A stretch of DNA of 63,021 bases, counting the filler, from Nemertoderma westbladi (taxonomy: Eukaryota > Animalia > Xenacoelomorpha): assembly GCA_032718475.1 (NCBI GenBank). It is 3 parts of 3 records of this genome, joined end to end, with 100 filler letters (N's around TTAATTAATTAA, not from the genome) between each part and the next. Parts side by side here need not be neighbours in the genome. Positions count along the whole stretch, not along the records: positions 1 to 26,959 come from JAUCBJ010006135.1; 2 more parts are not named here. One strand, written 5' to 3'. Positions 11,827-24,042 of the stretch are shown piece by piece (the first letter of the stretch is position 1; each line of letters opens with the position of its first letter). The notes beneath the pieces were generated by a model that made no database searches, was not told where the DNA came from, and saw only the letters and a program-made list of their open reading frames with translations. Made by a program: the position numbers and the translations under genes.

Positions 11827-13707
11827 TTACTTCTGTAGACCACGAACCATAAGGCAGGCGAAGACAGTTAGTATCATCTTGTGCTTTACTTCTACAAGAT
11901 CCTCGGGCAACGCATACAACCTTGCTCCTATACGCCGACCCATGGATATCGCGTACTTCGCATTCTCCAAACGCTCACTTGGACTTAAACTATCGGCTTT
12001 CAGCACGTATTGGTAATTAATGATTCCCGGGGAGATGGCGTCGATTAAATCGATAACCACAACGCTGTTTGCGATACTGCTATCTTTAAAAGAAGTCAGG
12101 GTTGAAGTCTTCTCAGCGGATTGGAGCTTCTCGTTCACCCAATTGATAATGTATTTCTCCATGTCTTTTTCTTCTGTCCCTGCGATTTTCTGAAGAAGCG
12201 ACAATGTGTAGGCGCGCATTATCTGCCAGACGAGGGCCAACGTGAAGGTTTGATTACCCTGGTTGATGTCATTACCGTCGATTCCCACGAGACTAAAATT
12301 CATTTTTTGACCTAATTCGATGGCATAATTGCAGTTTTCGATCTTTTTCATGTTGCCCCCGAGTTTATTGAAGGATGGAGGATGGTTGACACGTTTGTCC
12401 CAGTCGACGATTCCAGGTTTAACGCAATCGTACAATTTGAGGAGGATCAAGCCATTGTTCATTTCGCTATAGAGGTTGTTGAGGAATGGGGTGTCCTTTA
12501 AACCGAGTGAGTTAATCCAGTTTCTAAAGGTCTTCTCTTCTCGTGTCTCCTCGATAACTTCAATTTCTAGATCATCACACTCGAGGCCAGGGTAGTTATT
12601 GAAAAGATTAGCAACAAAGGCCAGATTCAACTTGGTGTTTCCTTTAACTACATCGCTGGGTGACACGAATTCCCGGCAATGTATTTTGTCCGCGTTTTGG
12701 AGCATTTTCTCGGCGCGGTTTTTGAGATCGGGTTCGCTGAGAGCGGAACATGTGATCCCGACGTCCTTGGGAGCAATCTGGTTGAGCAACAAGATGTAGG
12801 CCTCGCTGTCGTGGATGTCCTGCCCGAAGTTGGTGATCCGCTTATCGGATCCCGAGTTGGCAAGGTGGTAGTTGACCCACCTGAGGAGAATCTCCTCCGG
12901 CGAGAGTTTCATAAGGTCAGCCAACTCCTCTCCGTCGCGAAGCAGCTTGTACAGACCGGGATTGTGCACCAAATCAATGTTGGCGAACAACCCGATACGA
13001 ATGATCTGCCACATGAGGCCTAACACAAGATGTTGGGTGCCCTTCATAAGGTCATCAGGTCCAATATTCACTGTACTGCATCCAATTGAGTTAGCGGAAT
13101 TAATGGCAAGAACTTGATTCTCCGTTGCTTTATATATATTAAGTTTCTTCTTGTTTATGGCTCTTTCATCGATCGTATCAGGGCTACTCAAGTTGATAAT
13201 TTTGCAAAATATGATCCCGTTATTGACCTTATCAAAAAGGTCGCTTTCTGATTCAGGGTCTATAGGCAGGAGATCTTTGCAGTCGGGATCCTTAGCAAGT
13301 TGCGTGTTTATCCATTCAGCAAAGGCATGTTTCTCTTCGTTGCTAAAGGAATGTGTTGTCCCCTCTGCACTACTTGAGGTTCCTCCTTTGCGTTGGATAC
13401 CTTCCCTGGTGGTTACTGACTTCTTGAATGTCAACGCTACTTCCTTATCTTTAAGATCATTGACTATGGAGCAGAACTCCAACCAGTTGAGCTTCCCATC
13501 TTGGTCTTTGTCCATTTCCTTGATGATCTCACGCAACTTGTAGCCGGGAACATCGATGCCGCCTGACTTGAAGAGGTTTCCGAGTTCCTTAATGTCGATC
13601 AATTCATCTTTATTGATATCGAACTCATCGAAGGCACCTCGAAGATCCGTCATTAAATCGTCGGAAATGGACTGGAACTTGCGGCCGCCGGCTCGTGGGT
13701 TGGACAT
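11827..13707 (-). CDS. PLS3: Plastin/fimbrin actin-bundling protein, intronless CDS (invertebrate co-orthologue of PLS1/PLS3/LCP1)
   Basis: 626-aa ORF: two N-terminal EF hands (DINKDELID, DKDQDGKLN) and four CH domains with plastin signatures (EGTTHSFS.EEK.AF..WIN, DTIDERAINK, HLVLGLMWQIIRIGL, LSPEEILLRWVNYHL, ETREEKTFRNWINSLG, ALPEDLVEVKHKMILTVFACLM). Confidence 0.97.
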   Translation of the reverse strand: MSNPRAGGRKFQSISDDLMTDLRGAFDEFDINKDELIDIKELGNLFKSGGIDVPGYKLREIIKEMDKDQDGKLNWLEFCSIVNDLKDKEVALTFKKSVTTREGIQRKGGTSSSAEGTTHSFSNEEKHAFAEWINTQLAKDPDCKDLLPIDPESESDLFDKVNNGIIFCKIINLSSPDTIDERAINKKKLNIYKATENQVLAINSANSIGCSTVNIGPDDLMKGTQHLVLGLMWQIIRIGLFANIDLVHNPGLYKLLRDGEELADLMKLSPEEILLRWVNYHLANSGSDKRITNFGQDIHDSEAYILLLNQIAPKDVGITCSALSEPDLKNRAEKMLQNADKIHCREFVSPSDVVKGNTKLNLAFVANLFNNYPGLECDDLEIEVIEETREEKTFRNWINSLGLKDTPFLNNLYSEMNNGLILLKLYDCVKPGIVDWDKRVNHPPSFNKLGGNMKKIENCNYAIELGQKMNFSLVGIDGNDINQGNQTFTLALVWQIMRAYTLSLLQKIAGTEEKDMEKYIINWVNEKLQSAEKTSTLTSFKDSSIANSVVVIDLIDAISPGIINYQYVLKADSLSPSERLENAKYAISMGRRIGARLYALPEDLVEVKHKMILTVFACLMVRGLQK

Positions 13708-15989
13708 CGTCGTTGATGAAAGTCGGAAATAATTATTACAAAGTTAGACTACAAAAAAGTATTTAATGACCAATCTACAGAATATAATTATTTAACCTAA
13801 ATCTATTAGACTATTATTGAGTTAGTACTGTATAATTTTAAATGATTTCCCAAACTTGCACCTAGTAGACTCAATTGTTGTAAATTTAACCAGATATTTT
13901 TTTTAATACTCGACTTGGTGTCCATGGCATGAAATTAAAAAAAAAAAAAATATGAGTTACGAATTGTTCATGACCCCGCTCAGGCCAACAGAACTTGATG
14001 CTAACACATATGTAGTAACGTGCCAGCATAAGATACCATCAGTTGATTAAAAACAAACTCCGGTTACTAAAAAGTTGTTAACAAACATTTATAATAACAA
14101 ATAGAGTAATTAAATAGTTCTAAAGCAATAGCTCAAGTTATAGGCTGGTTCTGTTCAACTCAACATTGCAGTATAAATATTTTAAAACAACAAATCAATT
14201 TGTACAATATCTTTAGAAGGAACCACTCAATTCTTATTTTGAAGGATAAACCGAACAAATCGATGACCATAAATCAATGTAATACGTGGTATATTATGGA
14301 GAGAGCTCTAAGTACTGATATGTTGTGTAAAGTTTTATGACTGAGAGGGCCATGAAGACCACATAAGGTAAATGCAATTTACAAAATCATTTTTGGAAGG
14401 TTGAGAGCAATTTCCTTGGGAGCTATTCCTATTCCAATTTTTTCTACCCGTAATTGAACTAGTCCCCACAATGCTAATTTCAGAAAAAAAATTATTTTAA
14501 ATGCTTTATTTTAGGGCGGAAATTACATAATAACTCGCAACGCAGTTACAAGTAACTGCCACCGATGAACCGTATGTTTTATGTTATAGCCCACATACAG
14601 TAGGTACTGTACACTAACAAGATCATGGCAATTGATTGCATGCTAAATATACAAGGAAGTTAGATTGAGCTCGGTACCATAAAAGGCGCTTGCCATGCAT
14701 GGCGGAAAACATAGTGTCAATAACATTAACGCAAAGTCCACCTATGAATGTTGAATAAAGAATACAATTCAGGCAGATAATTCCCATTAGCTTTAAATGG
14801 ATGAGATGTTGAGACAAGTTAGACAAGAACATACTTCCGCATTTTAAGGAAATCCAAAGCAATAAACGTGTCACCACCACCATCTCTCAACTACAATCCT
14901 TGTGGCATGATTTTGTGTAAACATAAGGTTACTCGGATTATAATGTAGTTACACGGAGTTCAAATGGAGATAATATTAAATCAAATACAGGCAACGCCCA
15001 TTGGAAATGGGGAAACGGTGATTTTGATCAGAAACAACTGCAGTTAACATTTATAAACTTGGGTGTAGCCATATTCACCAGGTTATTCAGCAGCCCAGCC
15101 CCAGCTACTTCAATAACATTTTAATGTCATTGGGTATTATATTTGTGATTCCGATCTACATACAGTAGTAGCCCTACTGTTTGTTGCTACATTTTTGCGT
15201 CGGATTTGGGATGAGAATGTTAAACTGTCTGGGATGATGGTAAATCATCACAATTATAATAGGTTAATGGGGGACTGAATTAGGGATCACTGAATCACAA
15301 CCAATATATATAGCAGTCCCAACCCATAGCGTTTTCCTAAAATACGGTCAAAAACAATAGATTCACTACTGAATGGACCAATGTACGCCGACAACTGTGT
15401 AAACGCTACGCCGACAACCGACAACCACTGCCGACAACAGCAAATATTAAAATGTAATATTGTTTTGGTTAGAATAACCTTCCACTGTAACCAGTTCATT
15501 TCCCTCAATTAATAAATAATATTAATTAGCTTAAATAATGGTTTGTCGGCGTTGGTTGTCGGTAGTCCCAAAACAATAAATGATTACTACTGTATCTGTG
15601 CTTGTTGTCAGATAGAAATAAGCGCTAAAAAACACTCAATAAGGACAAATTAAAAAATACAAATTCTACATATATAAAATTCCACTAAAATTTCGACTGT
15701 AAAGTGAAATCCTGGTATTCCTCACTTGGGCGAAAACATGACTATGTAAATGGATTAGAAGATTTATTATACAGCATAGAAGTTCATATTTCATCTCCAG
15801 CATCTACCACCTTTATTGATGTAGTGGTTTATTCAAAGCGTCTTTCAATAATAAACATTTATAATAATATACAAAAATAAGAACTTTAGTATTTAAACGC
15901 GGCATTCTAAAAGACCGTTAAGTTCATCTACTGTTGGATTCAACTTTCGTTTTCGACGAAACCTACTTTCACACCTATAATAAGTCAGA

Positions 15990-17480
15990 TATCATGATTC
16001 TTTTATTATGCTTTCATTACGCAGTATTTAAATAAATCCAAAGGTTGTAAGTTTTATTGCGCCTTAATAGATCTGCAGAAGGCATTTTATATGATTGATA
16101 GAAGTTCTCTAAACTTAATGCATTGGGATTTACAGGGAAAGTTTATAAAATAGTAAAAAGTACGTACGCCGCTGCCAAAACAAGAGTCATCTGGGGGGAC
16201 AATATGTCGGATTCTTTCAACTGTTTAGTTGGAGTCAGGCAGGGTGAATGCCTTAGCCCTTTTCTATTCGGTTTGTTCAGTAACGATTTAGAAGCTGAGC
16301 TGAGCAAAGGAAATGCCACTGGTGTAGACGTTGGCTTATTTAAACTCTATCTGCTACTTTTTGCAGATGACATTGTTCCACTGGCTAATACTGTGGCGGG
16401 GTTGCAAGCTTCACATGATACTCTGGTTGCTACTGTACTTTTTGGGGCTTGAATGTAAATTTGACTAAATCAAATTTAGTTATATTTAGACAAGGGGGCA
16501 CCCAAGCGGCACATGAAACTTGGACATATAAAGGAGTAGGTATGAAAGTTGTACCTCATTACACTTATCTGGTCGAATTACCTTTACTACAACAGGAAAA
16601 TGTATTAAGGCTCAAGAAATATTGACTGAGAAGGCAAACAAAGCTTACTACTGTACACGCTCTGCCGCTATATGAACTCATTCCCAAACATCGGTTTTGA
16701 CCTAAAACTACATCTCTTTAACAGTTTGATTATGCCTATTTTGGTGTATGGATCTGAGGTGTGGGGATTCACAAAAGGAAGGGACTCAGAAAAACTACAG
16801 CTAAAATTTCTAAAAAAAAATTTGGGTGTGAAAACTTCAACGCCAGATTTTATAGTCTATGGAGAAACCGGTGTCTTCCCGTTGACAATTGACCGAACCA
16901 TTGGGATTATAAAATTCTGGTTACGATTATTGTCATTGCCATCATATACAGTAGATTGGTAAAACGGGTATATCTCATATCAGTGGAAGGGCTTAATTCT
17001 CAAAGGGTTACAAATTGGGCGTCAGGGGTTCGGGATACACTAAATAATTTGGGATTATCTTGGGCTTGGGGAGCGCAATCAGTACCAAACGGGAGGGAGT
17101 TCCTAGCAAAGGTGGGGGAAACGCTACAGAGTCAGTTTATCCAAAATTGGTGGTCAACCCTAGAGAATTCCACAAAAGGCGACTTTTACGTCAAAGATAC
17201 TTTTCGAACCGAACCCTACCTTATACAGTAGTTCTTAAAAATTACCCCGCTCTGAAACGTACAATAGCTCGTTTCCAATGCACTTCCCATAGATTACAAA
17301 TCGAAGAAGGACGTTGGTACAATATCCCACGGTTGAACAGGCTATGTCCAGTATGCAACTTGGGTCGAATTGAGAAAGAATACCACTTCTCCTCGAATGC
17401 CTGATATACAGTAGCTTACGCGAACAATACCTGCCACCCCAATACACTAGGTTCCCATCTATGTACAAATACCGTAGGAT
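15990..17480 (+). mobile_element. Decayed 5'-truncated LINE (RT and C-terminal zinc finger; RTE-X-like)
   Basis: Frameshifted ORFs with GVRQGECLSPFLF, LLFADD, PILVYGSEVWG, HRLQIEEGRW...RLCPVC...IEKEYHF; clade uncertain. Confidence 0.8.
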
Positions 17481-18016
17481 GCTAACAGTACACCGATCCG
17501 AATAGTTAAATATTTATCCCTGTTTTTGTACAACGCGTTTTCACTTCGTTCCATAATTTTATGCCAAAATTAACATGCACTCTAGACGTAGTTACAATTA
17601 AATTTAAGTATAAGTACACTAAATACAATATATGCCTTCTGAGATACACACTAGTTCAAAGCTTCTGGTGAAGGGTTTTTATTATTATTATACTCATCTG
17701 GTGCAATAAGTTTTGACTATGTTACAATCAACAATTTATTGTACTTTTGTGGACATGTTGAAGTAAATATACAAAATAAATTATTCTACTCCCGTAACGG
17801 TCACATGTAAGCCAATCAGAAATCTGTGTCGTGTATTTTAAATAGTTATTTTATATCATTGTTTTAATTTGCTTTGTGCCCGAGATGTCTCCTACATCTG
17901 AATAATATAATATAATATATACAGCAGCTCCGTATACAGCTGTAAAGGCCTATGCGCTACGCCTAACAGCCTAACCATCCAATACTGCTGTACTGCAATA
18001 ACTGAATACAGGAATA

Positions 18017-18430
18017 ATGCATTCCATGTCTCGGCGATCCGCAGCTAACACCGCTAGCCCCCTCCACTACGACGATTACACAGTGGAATCTGGAGGAAGC
18101 AGCACTCCGTCACTGCGATCTGTCAGAGCTGAAACACGAAGTCGGGCCAAAGACGAGATAAAGCGGGTGCTAAATGCCATAGAGTTCGTTAGAAAATGGG
18201 AGCAGAAGTGGGTGACTATAGGAGAGACTACCTTGAAGGTTTACAAGTGGGTACCGGTCGCTGATCAGAAGACACGAGACGGTGGAGGGTTGGTGCAAGC
18301 GCCTCATCCAGCGTTGGCGGAACTGATAAAGGAGAGCAGTGCCAGCACATCGGCGAGTTCGTCGGATGACGATCAAACCCAAGCGGTGAACGATAAGGCC
18401 GAGAGAGGCGAAGATATGGATACCGGATAG
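18017..18430 (+). CDS. BCL7: BCL7-family protein (SWI/SNF-BAF subunit), intronless CDS
   Basis: [48 protein letters not shown] is the conserved BCL7 N-terminal domain, followed by a Ser/acidic tail; CCAAT at ~17812 upstream. Confidence 0.92.
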   Translation: MHSMSRRSAANTASPLHYDDYTVESGGSSTPSLRSVRAETRSRAKDEIKRVLNAIEFVRKWEQKWVTIGETTLKVYKWVPVADQKTRDGGGLVQAPHPALAELIKESSASTSASSSDDDQTQAVNDKAERGEDMDTG

Positions 18431-19594
18431 GCGTAACTCATTCCCTGTTGGTTTAGGTCAGTAGGTAGGCCTAGTTGGATGGTAGGATCGAGAGCAGTAA
18501 TCTTTACACCTGTCTGCACCTGGCAGCCTGGACGTCTACTCAGGACAATAATAATACTCTTCTGCTGTTGCAGTGTTGTACGGGGGGGGGGGGGGGGGAT
18601 CCTTTCTACACAACAGGCTACCGGTGTGCTGGGCCGGTCGGGTACAGTCGATTGTAAATGATCTGCAGTTCTACAATCCCAGAACAGCAGAACACAGGAA
18701 CATTTCATTCTCGCGGTACACGGTATCCGGTTGGGTATCCTCGAGCAAAGTGTGTGTGTGGGGGGGGGGGGGGGGGGGGGGGGGGTGGGATGGGATGGGA
18801 TGGGATGGGATACCGCTGTTCCGTCATTATTGATTAAGAAAACTATCATACCATCATCCACTGCCCGGCGGTACTTCGTGCGTACTGGCACTGGTCGGTA
18901 CTGATTAAAAATTATAGATTGGCGGCCCAAACCCTTAATTTATTAGAATATCGACTTCGAGTTACAGGCAAGGACTTTGAGATAAACTTTGTGCACTGTG
19001 GCACGACCTAATTTATTATACCGGTACTCATTCAATATTATACCTATATGTAAACGGTAAGCGTTATTTTTGTTCACTTACTATTATTTATTGTTACGTT
19101 TGACATCAAGTTTTTTATTTAACAGACACTTTATACTTATCATATACCTATAACTAAGGAGTTATTGCTGAAGTTAATCACCTTCCTCCATCTCGTGGCC
19201 TTTGTGGACCATCAAAAGAATGCCAACAATGATAAAATATTAGTTACATTAAAATCAGCTCTCGTAACGCTGTAAAGTACCATTGTTATTCTCAGTTATT
19301 ATTGTAACAATTCCTAAACATTACACTATTAAAATGATCAATTAAGCATCTAACATATTACTGGTAGGCTTATTAACTATTCATTTATTTGTGTGGTCGC
19401 ACTACCAATTCGCCAGGGCGATATATTTTCCAACTTTATATCGCAGTGCGACATTATTTCTCAGTATGGTCCCTACGCCATACATTTACTATGTATTTCC
19501 GGTATATCACCGCGTTATTCTAAATATATATAATCACATGACGTCATTCGAATACACACTATAACTATTTCACTATTCTAAAACTTACTTGAAA

Positions 19595-19664
19595 TAGTTC
19601 AGAATCGAACCAGCGGCCTTTACATTCATAACCCAACGCGTTATCCACTACGCTAATTTGGCAC
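19595..19664 (-). repeat. tRNA-derived (SINE-like) segment, not a functional tRNA
   Basis: Minus strand has A-box-like TAGCGTAGTGG and B-box GGTTCGATTC at tRNA spacing; acceptor and anticodon stems do not pair. Confidence 0.55.
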
Positions 19665-20485
19665 TAGATTAATGTGTGTATAAATTAACATTGTCATACT
19701 TTCCTTTTACAAGGTTGTTCTAGAAAGTTTAAAAAGTGCATAGTTTAGTTAGTTACAAATATATAACTAATACAGGCTAATACAGGGGGCTAATACAGAC
19801 GAGTATTACAATTGTAATATAAATGGATGAATATAAATATAAGTTGTTGTTTTATCTTCATTAAATGTATTTTTACAGAAATTATGTTTTTATAATATTT
19901 AAGAAATACTTGCATTTACGTGGTTTTTGTTGTTAGATGTACTTACTAGTATCGATATATTATTACACGTGATAATAATTGAATAAAGGCAGGTTAATGA
20001 TTTCCTTGTTCACTGCTTTATTTCCTTTTTCCTCTGCCTTTTTCAGGTAATAGTAAAATCACTAAACAACACAACAGATGTCACAATTCTCTTAATTAGT
20101 TAACATTGCGACATATTTAGTATTTGATTGTGGATGTTAACAAAATAATTAATCTTAGTTTGAATTGTAATTCTAATTGTAATACAATACTAATTGTAAT
20201 ACAAATTAGTTTGTAATTGATCTTAGTATAATTAAATAAATTTAATTGGCCAGGGAAAATTTAAAGGAAATTTCAAATGTTCAACAATTGCGTTGTTAGT
20301 TTTGAAATTAGAAACAAAAACAGTTTCTTTTCTATTTCGAATCTATTCTATATAGATTAATCTATTGCAACTTCTGAAAATATGTCCTTAAAAATATCCT
20401 TAAATTCTTAATTTATTTACCAGGAAATAAAGTTAAACTAATGTTATTGTATATGTGTTTAACATCCATAGATTGTATAAATTAT

Positions 20486-20651
20486 TAAGTAATTAAACAG
20501 GACTAAGGATGATCCAACTCTATAGCGTAGTGGTTAGCATACCTGAACGTTTATCGGGAGACGCGGGTTCGATCCCCGCTGGTGGCGAATTCATTTTTTC
20601 CGCTCCATTTGCTATAGAGTTGGATCATCCTTAGTCCTGTTTAATTACTTA
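20486..20651 (+). repeat. tRNA-like module enclosed by a perfect 41-bp inverted repeat
   Basis: Arms 20486-20526 and 20611-20651 are exact reverse complements; A box TAGCGTAGTGG (20523), stem CCTGA/TCGGG, T arm GCGGG-TTCGATC-CCCGC, T6 run at 20594-20599. Confidence 0.8.
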
Positions 20652-21374
20652 TAATTTAAAGTTAAACTACTTTCTCGATTTTCGGTAAATAAAGTAAAAT
20701 TGTAACATTCTGTATATATACGAAATATTGGCAACATAGCAACCATAGTTTATTTTTCACGTGAAGATGAACCAGTGATAATGACGAAATGTAATAAGAC
20801 GAAAACCAATTGTAGTAGACCCCCGGCCCAACCGGGTCCTGACCCACACAGAGTGTTGAGACTGAGGTGAGGGACGTTCCTAGCGAGTATGGCCGAGTTT
20901 CATTTAATTCCAGTCGAGATTGATAGAGATTCAGTTTCAGCCAATTAGAGCGTCCTATTCGTAGACCACTCGCCCCTTGGGTTTGAAATTCGCGAGTGAC
21001 CTTACATTGGGCCAATGTATCTATGGTCAAAAATTAGAAAAATCGCTAGAGCGGTTTTGGCTATAGAGATCATTCACTCACTCATTGTCAACGCGATTTT
21101 ATTTCTAGGATTCCTTACAGAAAGTACCTGGCGGTTCCTCGGTCCTACAGTCGCTCGTGTTATTCAAACCAAAACAATTAGCTAGTCAATAAAACAGGGG
21201 GCAGTTTTATTTTTTAGTAATAAGAGTAATCAGTTGTTATTTGCAACGATTTTCCCCTGGAGAGGTGTAGTCCTACTTTTTGTGTGTCTTTATTTCCTAT
21301 AGAATGAATATCTTATTATTATTATTTATTTAATTTTCGTAGGGCACACAGCTTAGGAAATTCAGCAATGACAT

Positions 21375-21430
21375 CCAGGTGGGATCGAACTGTGGTGACC
21401 TCAAGGTTGGAAGACTGGCGTTTTATTGAC
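21375..21430 (-). repeat. Degenerate tRNA-derived SINE fragment
   Basis: Minus strand ...GCCAGTCTTCCAACCTTGAGGTCACCACAGTTCGATCCCACCTGG with a B-box-like GTTCGATCC. Confidence 0.35.
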
Positions 21431-22941
21431 TTATTATTAGTTAACGTTCTCATCCTCTTATGCATGAAATGAAGTCTGCCTTCTCAAGCCAGGTGAATGC
21501 CTAGCAACGAAACAAACAATAAGCATTCTTCATGAAGGAATATTACCTACCGTTACTGTACATTCAAAAGGGCTGTATCATTCATGACCGGTATTATATT
21601 TACCGGTAGGCTATAATGCTAAATTTGTAGTGATTTCTGTTACGTACTGCCATCATAAAGGAAGGAAGGCATTAGTTATTTAGAGGCATAGCTCAGTTGT
21701 AGCAGCGTAGGTGAAGAGGTTAACGTATTAAAGTTAATATTAAAATTACCGAATTCATGTTACAATTTAATTTTATGATTCATTCTGAATATATCACAAT
21801 ACAGTTTGCTACTCTTCTGCCTGTTATTGTGTTTTTTTATTTATTTTATTTGGACAACAAATTTTACCTAATAATTAAAACTGCCGAAGTCGAAGCTAAA
21901 ATTTTGGATGGGAAATGAATATAAAATTCTTACAATATTAATTTTTTAATTTAGGCCTAATTTAATTAGGAAAGATTTATTTTAATTTGTCCTATATTTA
22001 CTTTTTTGACGCTCCAAACTTGTAGATGTATTCAAACCAGTATATAACCTACAAATACATTGTAGGTAATATACTGGTAACACACGGTTGATGGCAGATT
22101 ATTTTATCTAAGTCAGTAACTTGTTGAATCGACCTGCAATTTATCAGACAGGACCAGTGGGATTCATTTGTGTAGGAGGTAGGATAAATTGAACAGAGCC
22201 TTCAATTTCAATACCAACCAGTCCACAGAACAGAAGCTGTACCAAGCTAAGCCAATCAATAGTTATGTTTTTTTTTACATTTTCTGGTTCCCCCTCTACT
22301 GTCTACCCTCCCTACTGCATACAGTTACTTACTACTGTACTAGTACAGTAGTACTATCTGCTATCCAAGTTTCCAGATTCAGTACGGTACCTGACGGCAG
22401 ACGGTAGTACCTGTACCGGCTGACCGGTAATTCCGTAATCATTAGCCTATGTTTCTGTCTGGCTGTACTAACAGACTAACTGAACGAACTGCAGTACTGT
22501 CACTGTGATAGATCATACTGTCATACTGTCATAGAGTTAACGAGTTGTACAGTTGTAGAGTTTAGTAGGACTAGTACCGGTACTGTACTACCAGTAGTAG
22601 TAGTAGTTACGAGTTCAGAGTTACATCATACATTTACTCGCTGTTAAGGTTTGAGGTTGGCTTCAAGGCCTCTGGCTGTCTGGTGCTTGTGTTGTAGGCC
22701 TAGTAGTTTTACTTTTGCTTTATTACCAGATTACAGTATTAGGCCAACTGCTGTACTGTATATTTAGTATTCAGTACCAGTCTGCCAGTATATTCTGTAG
22801 TTAGTGCTGTAGTGTTACAGCTGTACAGAATAAGCTTAGTTGCCTAATATCAAACTTCTGAACTTTGTTTGTCAGTTTAGTCAGTTAGTAGCCTAATTTA
22901 ATCTCATTTCAAAAAGCAATAATCACCTAATCTATAGAATC

Positions 22942-24042
22942 ATGGCTCAAACATGCTGGAATCAACACAGTCTCAATGCCGAACAACAGAGCGAATTGAA
23001 ATCAATCGCGGAAGCGATCGTCGCTAAAGGAAAGGGAATCCTCGCCGCCGACGAATCCACCGGGTCGATGGAGAAACGACTGGGTTCGATCGGCCTGCCA
23101 AACACCGAAGATAACCGGCGCACCTACCGCAATATAATGTTCTCAGTCGGGCCCGCGTTGGCTAACAACATCTCGGGAGTAATCATGTTCCACGAGACAT
23201 TCTACCAGAAAGCGGACAACGGGATGACCTTCCCGCAATTGTTGAAAAGCTACGGAGTAATACCAGGAATAAAAGTAGATAAAGGCGTGGTGAACCTAGC
23301 AGGTACACGGAATGAGTGTACTACTCAAGGGCTGGATGGGTTGAGCGATAGATGCGCCGAGTACAAACGCGATGGCGCGCAATTCGCGAAGTGGCGTTGC
23401 GTTCTTAAGATTTCGGAAACAACGCCTAGCGATCCGGCTATCCAGGAGGTCACTAACAACCTCGCGAGGTACGCCTCCATCTGTCAGCAGAACGGCTTGG
23501 TCCCCATCGTAGAACCGGAGATCCTACCAGACGGGGAACATGACCTCGAGACCTGTCAGGCTATAAGCGAGCGCGTCATTTCTGCGCAGTACTATGCGTT
23601 GTTGCGTCACAACGTATATCTGGAGGGGACCTTGTTGAAACCTAACATGGTTACTGCGGGGCACTCGTCCAGTAAGAAGTATACCCCGGTACAGGTTGCT
23701 GAGGCTACTGTAACTGCGTTACAGCGTTCGGTACCCCCAGCCGTGCCAGGTGTTACTTTCCTGAGCGGCGGGCAGAGCGAAGTTGATGCTACTGTTCATC
23801 TCAACGAGATGAACAAGTTGGATAGGAAGCGACCATGGGCGTTGTCTTTCAGTTACGGCCGCGCTCTGCAGGCCAGCGTGCTGCGGGCCTGGCAGGGGAA
23901 GCCAGAGAATATCAAAGCGGCGCAGGCTGAGTTATTGAAACGGGCGAAGTTTAACGGGGAGGCGACTACTGGCTCCTACGACGGGAAAGGAGAAGGCAAA
24001 GCAGCCGGAGAGAGTTTGTTCGTTGCCGCTCACGCTTATTGA
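22942..24042 (+). CDS. ALDOA: Fructose-bisphosphate aldolase class I, intronless CDS (co-orthologue of ALDOA/B/C)
   Basis: 366-aa ORF with [34 protein letters not shown], Schiff-base [23 protein letters not shown] and C-terminal HAY. Confidence 0.98.
   Translation: MAQTCWNQHSLNAEQQSELKSIAEAIVAKGKGILAADESTGSMEKRLGSIGLPNTEDNRRTYRNIMFSVGPALANNISGVIMFHETFYQKADNGMTFPQLLKSYGVIPGIKVDKGVVNLAGTRNECTTQGLDGLSDRCAEYKRDGAQFAKWRCVLKISETTPSDPAIQEVTNNLARYASICQQNGLVPIVEPEILPDGEHDLETCQAISERVISAQYYALLRHNVYLEGTLLKPNMVTAGHSSSKKYTPVQVAEATVTALQRSVPPAVPGVTFLSGGQSEVDATVHLNEMNKLDRKRPWALSFSYGRALQASVLRAWQGKPENIKAAQAELLKRAKFNGEATTGSYDGKGEGKAAGESLFVAAHAY

Noticed and set aside
12121-13543. Antisense ORFs over plastin (and those over the LINE at 48496-50226)
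   Set aside because: Shadow ORFs of real coding sequence with no independent motifs
20520-20590. Functional tRNA gene
   Set aside because: No 5' acceptor strand to pair with the 3' end and a non-canonical anticodon loop; kept as a tRNA-derived repeat
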